Source: Candidatus Limnocylindrales bacterium
GTDB taxonomy: Bacteria > Chloroflexota > Limnocylindria > Limnocylindrales > CSP1-4
Reading direction: 5' to 3'
Length of the DNA: 64,000 nt
NCBI GenBank assembly: GCA_036274475.1
Contig: DASUFO010000054.1
Location: 3,420 to 67,419 of the forward strand
Part shown: piece by piece, positions 58,730 to 64,000 of the stretch
Layout: each line of letters starts with the position of its first letter
Position numbering within the stretch: position 1 is the stretch's first letter
Notes under the pieces: model-generated
What the model saw: the letters and a program-made list of their open reading frames with translations, nothing else
What the model was told of the DNA's origin: nothing
The model's database searches: none
Translations under genes and position numbers: made by a program

Positions 58730-60685
58730 ATGACCGCTGCCGGCCTTGCTGCCCAGCGCATCGTCCCGACGGTTCCGCGCAGCGCGTGGGCGTTGCTCCT
58801 CGCCGCCTCGACTGCGGTCCTGTACCTGGCGTTCCGTGGCCAGTGGACGCTGCCCCACAACAACGACGCGGAGCTCTTCTCGTCGATCAACGCCCTCCGC
58901 GAGACCGTCGAGGACAACCGCGACTCGATTCCGCTGATCACACCGATTCGCGAGTTCGTCGACGCGCTCGTGGAGGTCTTCCTGACCGTCTTCCGGTCGT
59001 TCAGCTGGCCGGGACTCGTCGCATTTGCCGGGGCGTTGGGGCTGGCGATCGGGGGCTGGCGGCTGGGCCTGCTGGGTGCCGTCGGCGTCGCGGCATTCGG
59101 CGTGCTGGGTCTGTGGGAGTCGAGCGTCGACACCCTCGCGCTGACGCTGGCTTCGGTGCTGCTCGCGCTCGTCATCGGGATCCCGCTCGGCATCCTGGCC
59201 GGGCGCAGCAACCGTGTCCTGCGCTGGATCTCGCCGGTGCTCGACGTCATGCAGATCATGCCGACGTTCGCCTACCTCGCGCCGCTGGCACTGCTCTTCC
59301 TGATCGGTCCGGCGACCGCGGCGATCGCGACGATGATCTACGCGATCCCGCCCGCCATCAGGATCACCGCCTACGGAATCCGGGGCGTCTCGCCGACGAG
59401 CGTCGAGGCGGCGAACGCGATGGGCTCGACACGGTCTCAGGTGCTGCGGAAGGTCCAGCTGCCGATGGCCTTTCCGACGATCGTTCTCGGGATCAACCAG
59501 ACGATGATGATGGCCCTCTCGATGGTCGTGATCACGGTCCTCGTCGATGCCCCCGGCCTCGGCAAGGACATCATTCGGGCCCTGCAGCAGGTCGACGTCG
59601 GTGCGGCATTCGACGCCGGGATCGCGATCGTCATCATCGCGGTGATCATCGACCGGCTGATGTCCGCGCTCGGCGACCGCGTCAGCACCCGGGTCGCTCC
59701 GGGAGCGGCCGCGTCGAGGCGCCGCCGGCAGCAGCTCTTTCTCGCGGTCGCCATCGCCATCGGCGGCGTGATCGTCGGCCGGCTCATCCTGAGCGACCCC
59801 GAATTCCCCGACGCGATCGCGTTCTCCTTCCAGGGCTTCATCAACGACATCACGAACTGGCTCCGGACCAACGCGACGCACGTGACCGAGGCCATCAAGA
59901 ACGTCGTCACGTTCGGGTTGATCAACCCGATCGAGGAGGTCCTGACGAGCGCCCCGTGGTGGCTCGTCCTCTACGCGGTCGTCGGGATTGCGATCCTGGT
60001 CGGCGGCGCCGGCCCGGCGATCACCGCGGCTGTCTGCCTCGTCCTGATCATCGCGCTCTCGCTCTGGGAGCACAGCATGGAGACGCTCACGACGGTCCTC
60101 GTGGCGACCGCGATGACGCTGGGGTTCGGGCTGCTTCTGGGCGTCGCATCCGCGAGGAACAAGCGCTTCTCGGCTGGGCTGAGGCCGCTCCTCGACACCG
60201 CCCAGACCATGCCCGCGTTCGTCTATCTGATCCCCGCGGTCGCGCTGTTCGGCCCAACCCGGTTCACGGGCGTCGTGGCGGCGCTCATCTACGCGATCCC
60301 GCCGGTCATCCGGCTCACTGAAGCCGGCATCAAGGCTGTCCCGCCGACGATCGTGGAAGCCGCGACATCGGCCGGCTCGACGCCCCGCCAGCTGCTCCTG
60401 AAAGTCCAGCTGCCGATGGCTCGACCGGCCCTCCTGGTCGCCGCCAACCAGGGCATCGTCATGGTCCTCGCGATGGTCGTCGTCGGCGGTCTCGTCGGCG
60501 CCGGCGGTCTCGGGTACGACGTCGTCGCGGGGTTCGCTCGGCGTGACTTCTTCGGGGAGGGATTCGCGGCCGGCATCGCCATCGTGCTGCTGGGCGTGAT
60601 GCTCGACCGGATCACGCAGGGAGCCGGCCGGCGGCAGCGGGCCAACCCCCGATCCGCGGCCAGTTCGATGGTTCGATCAGCGTAG
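58730..60685 (+). CDS. Tandem-fused double ProW/OpuAB-type permease (two BPD-transporter domains in one polypeptide)
   Basis: 651 aa. The ABC permease signature region appears twice (…LRKVQLPMAFPTIVLGINQT… and …LLKVQLPMARPALLVAANQG…), each within a six-TM block. Confidence 0.8.
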   Translation: MTAAGLAAQRIVPTVPRSAWALLLAASTAVLYLAFRGQWTLPHNNDAELFSSINALRETVEDNRDSIPLITPIREFVDALVEVFLTVFRSFSWPGLVAFAGALGLAIGGWRLGLLGAVGVAAFGVLGLWESSVDTLALTLASVLLALVIGIPLGILAGRSNRVLRWISPVLDVMQIMPTFAYLAPLALLFLIGPATAAIATMIYAIPPAIRITAYGIRGVSPTSVEAANAMGSTRSQVLRKVQLPMAFPTIVLGINQTMMMALSMVVITVLVDAPGLGKDIIRALQQVDVGAAFDAGIAIVIIAVIIDRLMSALGDRVSTRVAPGAAASRRRRQQLFLAVAIAIGGVIVGRLILSDPEFPDAIAFSFQGFINDITNWLRTNATHVTEAIKNVVTFGLINPIEEVLTSAPWWLVLYAVVGIAILVGGAGPAITAAVCLVLIIALSLWEHSMETLTTVLVATAMTLGFGLLLGVASARNKRFSAGLRPLLDTAQTMPAFVYLIPAVALFGPTRFTGVVAALIYAIPPVIRLTEAGIKAVPPTIVEAATSAGSTPRQLLLKVQLPMARPALLVAANQGIVMVLAMVVVGGLVGAGGLGYDVVAGFARRDFFGEGFAAGIAIVLLGVMLDRITQGAGRRQRANPRSAASSMVRSA

Positions 60686-60774
60686 AGTTCACGTCCTCGC
60701 GACGAGGGTTCATCATGGCGTCATCCCTCCCCGGCGGCACCGGAGAGGACCAGGAGGAGGAATCAGGAATCGGC

Positions 60775-61728
60775 ATGAAGACCTCAATTCGGCGCGTTGC
60801 CGCAAGCATTGCGATCGCGGGCCTCGTGATCGCGGCGTGCTCGTCCGGGGGAGGCGGGTCACCGGCCGGCGGCGGCGGCCAAGCAGGAACGGTCAACATC
60901 GCGGTCAACCCGTGGGTCGGCTACGAGGCGGACGCCGCCGTCGTCGCCTATCTCCTCGAGAAGGAGCTTGGCTACAACGTCGAGAAGAAGGACCTCAAGG
61001 AGGACGTCTCCTGGCAAGGCTTCCCGACCGGCGAAGTCGACGTCATCCTCGAGGACTGGGGCCACCCGGAGCTCCAGAAGAAGTACGTCGACGAGGACAA
61101 GGTCGCCCAGATCGCGGGCACCACGGGCAACGTCGGCATCATCGGCTGGTACGTTCCCGGCTGGATGGCCGAGGAGTATCCCGACATCACCGACTACAAG
61201 AACCTCAACAAGTACGCCGACCTGTTCAAGACGTCGGAGACCGGCGACCTCGGCCAGTTCCTCGGCAGCGATCCGTCCTACGTCCAGTACGACGAGGCAC
61301 TCGTCACGAACCTCGACCTGAACTACAAGGTGATCTTCTCCGGCGGCGAGGCGGCAACGATCACCGCCCTCCAGCAGGCGGTTGCCAACAAGACGCCGCT
61401 CCTCGCCTATTGGTGGGATCCGCAGTGGCTGAACTCACAGGTCGAGCTCGTGCGGGTGAAGCTGCCGCCATACGAACCGGGCTGCGACGCGGACCTCGAG
61501 AAGGTCGCCTGCGACTACCCGGAGACGCCGCTCCAGAAGGTCGTCAGCACGAAGTTCGCGACCGAAGGCGGCAAGGCATACGAGCTGATCAAGAACTTCA
61601 ACTGGACCAACGAGGACCAGAACGTCGTCTCGGACTACATCACGAACAAGGACATGACCCCCGAAGCCGCCGGCGAGAAATGGGTCAAGGAGAACGAAGA
61701 CAAGTGGAAGGCCTGGATTCCGAAGTAG
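60775..61728 (+). CDS. Glycine betaine-type ABC transporter substrate-binding lipoprotein (ProX/OpuAC-like)
   Basis: ATG after AGGAGGAGGAA. Lipobox IAGLVIAACSS. Trp-rich OpuAC fold (…NPWVGYEAD…, …IIGWYVPGWM…, …AYWWDPQW…). Confidence 0.8.
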   Translation: MKTSIRRVAASIAIAGLVIAACSSGGGGSPAGGGGQAGTVNIAVNPWVGYEADAAVVAYLLEKELGYNVEKKDLKEDVSWQGFPTGEVDVILEDWGHPELQKKYVDEDKVAQIAGTTGNVGIIGWYVPGWMAEEYPDITDYKNLNKYADLFKTSETGDLGQFLGSDPSYVQYDEALVTNLDLNYKVIFSGGEAATITALQQAVANKTPLLAYWWDPQWLNSQVELVRVKLPPYEPGCDADLEKVACDYPETPLQKVVSTKFATEGGKAYELIKNFNWTNEDQNVVSDYITNKDMTPEAAGEKWVKENEDKWKAWIPK

Positions 61729-61752
61729 GGTCCAGCCCCCACAAGGGACGAC

Positions 61753-61784
61753 TTCAGGCCGGCCGCACGCTGCCGGCCTGAAGC
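61753..61784 (+). terminator. Rho-independent terminator after the betaine SBP gene
   Basis: CTTCAGGCCGGC-cgcacgct-GCCGGCCTGAAG is a perfect 12-bp stem, followed by CATTTGAT. Confidence 0.6.
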
Positions 61785-61870
61785 ATTTGATCGATTCGGG
61801 AACAGCGCGTCGGCATGACCACGAGACGGGACGTGAGCGCCTACCGCCCGTTGGGGGGTCGTCAACACTC

Positions 61871-61899
61871 TTGACGCACTGTCTCGCCGGCGTTGAAAT
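61871..61899 (+). promoter_or_regulatory. Putative sigma70-type promoter upstream of the second SBP gene
   Basis: TTGACG, 17 nt, TGAAAT. A leader of about 155 nt follows before the ATG at 62055. Confidence 0.35.
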
Positions 61900-62054
61900 G
61901 CCGAAGGCCGGGTGGGGACCCGGTTCCGGGCAACGTCACCCGAGCCGCCAGCGACCTTCGCGATCACCGTAAGGAGGAGTCAGATCGCGCCGGGCTGGCC
62001 GCCGCGGGGAGTCTGCGAGATCACAGCCACCCGTCTAGCTGGAGAACCGCATTC

Positions 62055-63251
62055 ATGACGAAACACACATTCGCCCGTCCGCTGACGGTCATTGCCGCGC
62101 TCGTGTTCGTCGTCGCCGCGTGCGGCGGCGGGGCGACCCCGTCACCGTCTGCCTCGGCGCCCGCGTCCGCGGCCCCGCCGGCCTCGGCGCCCGCGTCCGC
62201 GCCCGGCTCGGCACCCGCCTCGGCCGCAGCCGGTCCGTCGCAGGAGCTCATCGATGCCGCCAAGGCCGAGGGGAACCTGACGACGATCGCCCTGCCCCAC
62301 GACTGGTGCAACTACGAGGAGGCCCTTCAGTCCTTCAAGGACAAGTACGGGATCGCCATCAACGAGCTCAACCCGCTGGGCAGCTCGGGCGACGAGATCG
62401 AGGCCATCAAGGCCAACCAGAACAACCCGGGCCCGCAGGCGCCGGACGTCGTCGACGTGGGCTTCTCGTTCGGCGAGGACAACAAGGACCTCTTCCAGCC
62501 GTACAAGGTCGCGACGTGGGACTCGATCCCCGAGGCCGCGAAGTCGGCTGATGGCATCTGGTACGGCGATTACTACGGCGTGATGTCGTTCACGACCAAC
62601 AAGGCGATCGTCGCCAATCCGCCGAAGGACTGGGCCGATCTGCTCAAGCCGGAGTACAAGGGCCAGGTCTCGATGGACGGCGACCCCCGGACCTCGAACC
62701 AGGCGATCCAGGCGGTCTACGCCTCGGCCCTCGCGAACGGCGGGTCGCTCGACAACGCGCAGCCGGGCCTCGACTTCTGGAAGAAGGTCGTCGACGCCGG
62801 CAACTTCGTCCCGGTCGACGCCAACCCGGGCACGATCGTGCAGGGCGCGACACCGATCGCCCTGCGCTGGTCGTACAACGGCCTCGCCCAGCGCGACGAG
62901 ACGGCCGGCAACCCGGAGATCGACGTGACGGTCCCGGCGAGCGGTCGGTTCGGCGGGGTCTACGTCCAGGCCATCAGCAAGTACGCGCCCCATCCCAATG
63001 CGGCCAAGCTCTGGATGGAGCACCTGTACTCCGATGAAGGCCAGCTGATGTGGCTCAAGGGCTACTGCAACCCGATCCGCTACGACGACATGGTCGAGCG
63101 AGGCGTCGTTCCTGCCGATCTCGCGGCGAAGCTGCCGGACTCGACGGGCGCGGTGTTCCCCACCCCGGATCAGCTGAAGGCAGCGACTGACCTGATCACG
63201 AAGGGTTGGGACAGCACCGTCGGCGTCGACGTCGTCGAGCCGCCTCAGTGA
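62055..63251 (+). CDS. ABC transporter substrate-binding lipoprotein (family-1 SBP, PotD/PotF-like)
   Basis: ATG after GGAGAA. Lipobox VVAACGGG. Ala/Ser/Pro linker. SBP_bac_1/8-like fold. Followed by a permease gene. Confidence 0.75.
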   Translation: MTKHTFARPLTVIAALVFVVAACGGGATPSPSASAPASAAPPASAPASAPGSAPASAAAGPSQELIDAAKAEGNLTTIALPHDWCNYEEALQSFKDKYGIAINELNPLGSSGDEIEAIKANQNNPGPQAPDVVDVGFSFGEDNKDLFQPYKVATWDSIPEAAKSADGIWYGDYYGVMSFTTNKAIVANPPKDWADLLKPEYKGQVSMDGDPRTSNQAIQAVYASALANGGSLDNAQPGLDFWKKVVDAGNFVPVDANPGTIVQGATPIALRWSYNGLAQRDETAGNPEIDVTVPASGRFGGVYVQAISKYAPHPNAAKLWMEHLYSDEGQLMWLKGYCNPIRYDDMVERGVVPADLAAKLPDSTGAVFPTPDQLKAATDLITKGWDSTVGVDVVEPPQ

Positions 63252-63278
63252 GTTCCACTGGGTAACACGTAGGCTTCG

Positions 63279-64000
63279 ATGGCCACGACGATGGAGCGGG
63301 GCGCGTCACGTACGCGCCCCGCTCGTCGCCTGCCCACGGCCTGGCTCGGCCTCGTTCCGTTCTTTGCCTTCACGTTCCTGTTCATCATCGCCCCCGTCCT
63401 GTACCTGGTCGCCGGCAGCTTCCTGAACAACGAAGGCCAGACGACCCTCCAGAACTACGTCGACCTGACTTCAGAAAACACCCAGCGGTCGTTCCTGCTG
63501 AGCATCGAGATCAGCGTGGTGACCGCGATCGCCGGCGGAATCGGCGGGTTCCTGCTCGCCTATGCCGTCATCGCCGGCGGCCTTCCGCGCGTCCTCCGGA
63601 CGGCCATGATGACGTTCTGCGGCGTCGCGTCCAACTTCGCCGGAGTTCCCCTCGCCCTCGCGTTCCTCTTCACGATCGGGCAGCTCGGAATCATCACGGT
63701 CCTGCTGAAGAACTTCGGCATCGACCCGTACGCGTCGGGCTTCACGATCTACAGCAAGGTCGGCCTCGAGATCGTCTATCTCTACTTCCAGCTGCCGTTG
63801 ATGGTCCTGATCATCGCGCCGGCGATCGACGGCTTGAAACCCGAGTGGCGCGAGGCCGCGGAGAACATGGGCGCCAGCTCCTACGACTACTGGCGTCGCG
63901 TCGCGCTGCCGATCCTCATGCCGACGATCCTCGGCTCGATGATCCTGCTGTTCGGCAACGCATTCGGTGCGTACGCCACCGCGTACCAGCTGACGTCCGG
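63279..64000 (+). CDS. ABC transporter permease (binding-protein-dependent family), partial at the window end
   Basis: MATTMERGASRTRPARRLPTAWLGLVPFFAFTFLFIIAPVLYLV… is a multi-TM protein. It runs off the window end, so it is not in the ORF track. Confidence 0.7.
   Translation, partial: MATTMERGASRTRPARRLPTAWLGLVPFFAFTFLFIIAPVLYLVAGSFLNNEGQTTLQNYVDLTSENTQRSFLLSIEISVVTAIAGGIGGFLLAYAVIAGGLPRVLRTAMMTFCGVASNFAGVPLALAFLFTIGQLGIITVLLKNFGIDPYASGFTIYSKVGLEIVYLYFQLPLMVLIIAPAIDGLKPEWREAAENMGASSYDYWRRVALPILMPTILGSMILLFGNAFGAYATAYQLTS

Overview
This is a high-GC (about 70%), densely coding bacterial chromosomal segment with actinobacterial-type codon bias. Genes are tightly packed and several adjacent pairs show ATGA or GTGA stop/start overlaps, consistent with operons. 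Long ORFs that run antisense to recognisable genes are treated as artefacts of the GC-rich background. The supplied ORF track evidently accepts GTG and TTG as starts: the track's M at 16935 is a TTG codon in the sequence, and the M at 57560 is a GTG.

Left part (1-23.4 kb):
- A partial Rrf2 regulator and an EamA/DMT exporter.
- Two paralogous multi-TM HisKA_3-type sensor kinases flanking an orphan DctP-like lipoprotein, plus a NarL-type response regulator.
- A tandem DUF1801 pair.
- A 1136-aa secreted protein ending in three tandem, roughly 120-aa repeats.
- A TldD/PmbA protease pair.
- An intergenic array of stem-loop repeats.
- An SRPBCC protein followed by an ABC-2 exporter (ATPase plus two permeases).
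- A GT1 glycosyltransferase.
- A lipoprotein gene split across two frames at a T4/A4 run.
- A DinB-like protein and an M20 amidohydrolase.

Right part (23.4-64 kb) is a coherent quaternary-amine / C1 catabolic island:
- MetF.
- A non-pyrrolysine MttB-superfamily methyltransferase, a RACo corrinoid activator, an MtrH-like methyl-THF:corrinoid methyltransferase, two small accessory proteins and a corrinoid protein, with a divergent IclR regulator.
- An XRE-cupin regulator, a bicupin and an SDR.
- A LivKHMGF branched-chain amino-acid ABC system with a fused LivM-LivG.
- A creatinase-like M24 hydrolase, a TPP E1 alpha/beta pair, a HIBADH-like dehydrogenase and an amidohydrolase.
- A PAS sensor kinase.
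- A TetR regulator with a palindromic operator.
- A BetA-like GMC oxidoreductase.
- EtfAB.
- A dimethylglycine dehydrogenase.
- A 530-bp divergent control region carrying five phased copies of a 21-bp palindrome.
- A BetB-like aldehyde dehydrogenase.
- An OpuA/ProVWX-type betaine ABC importer with a tandem-fused permease.
- A second solute-binding protein and permease that run off the window end.

No rRNA, tRNA, CRISPR array or transposase was recognised.
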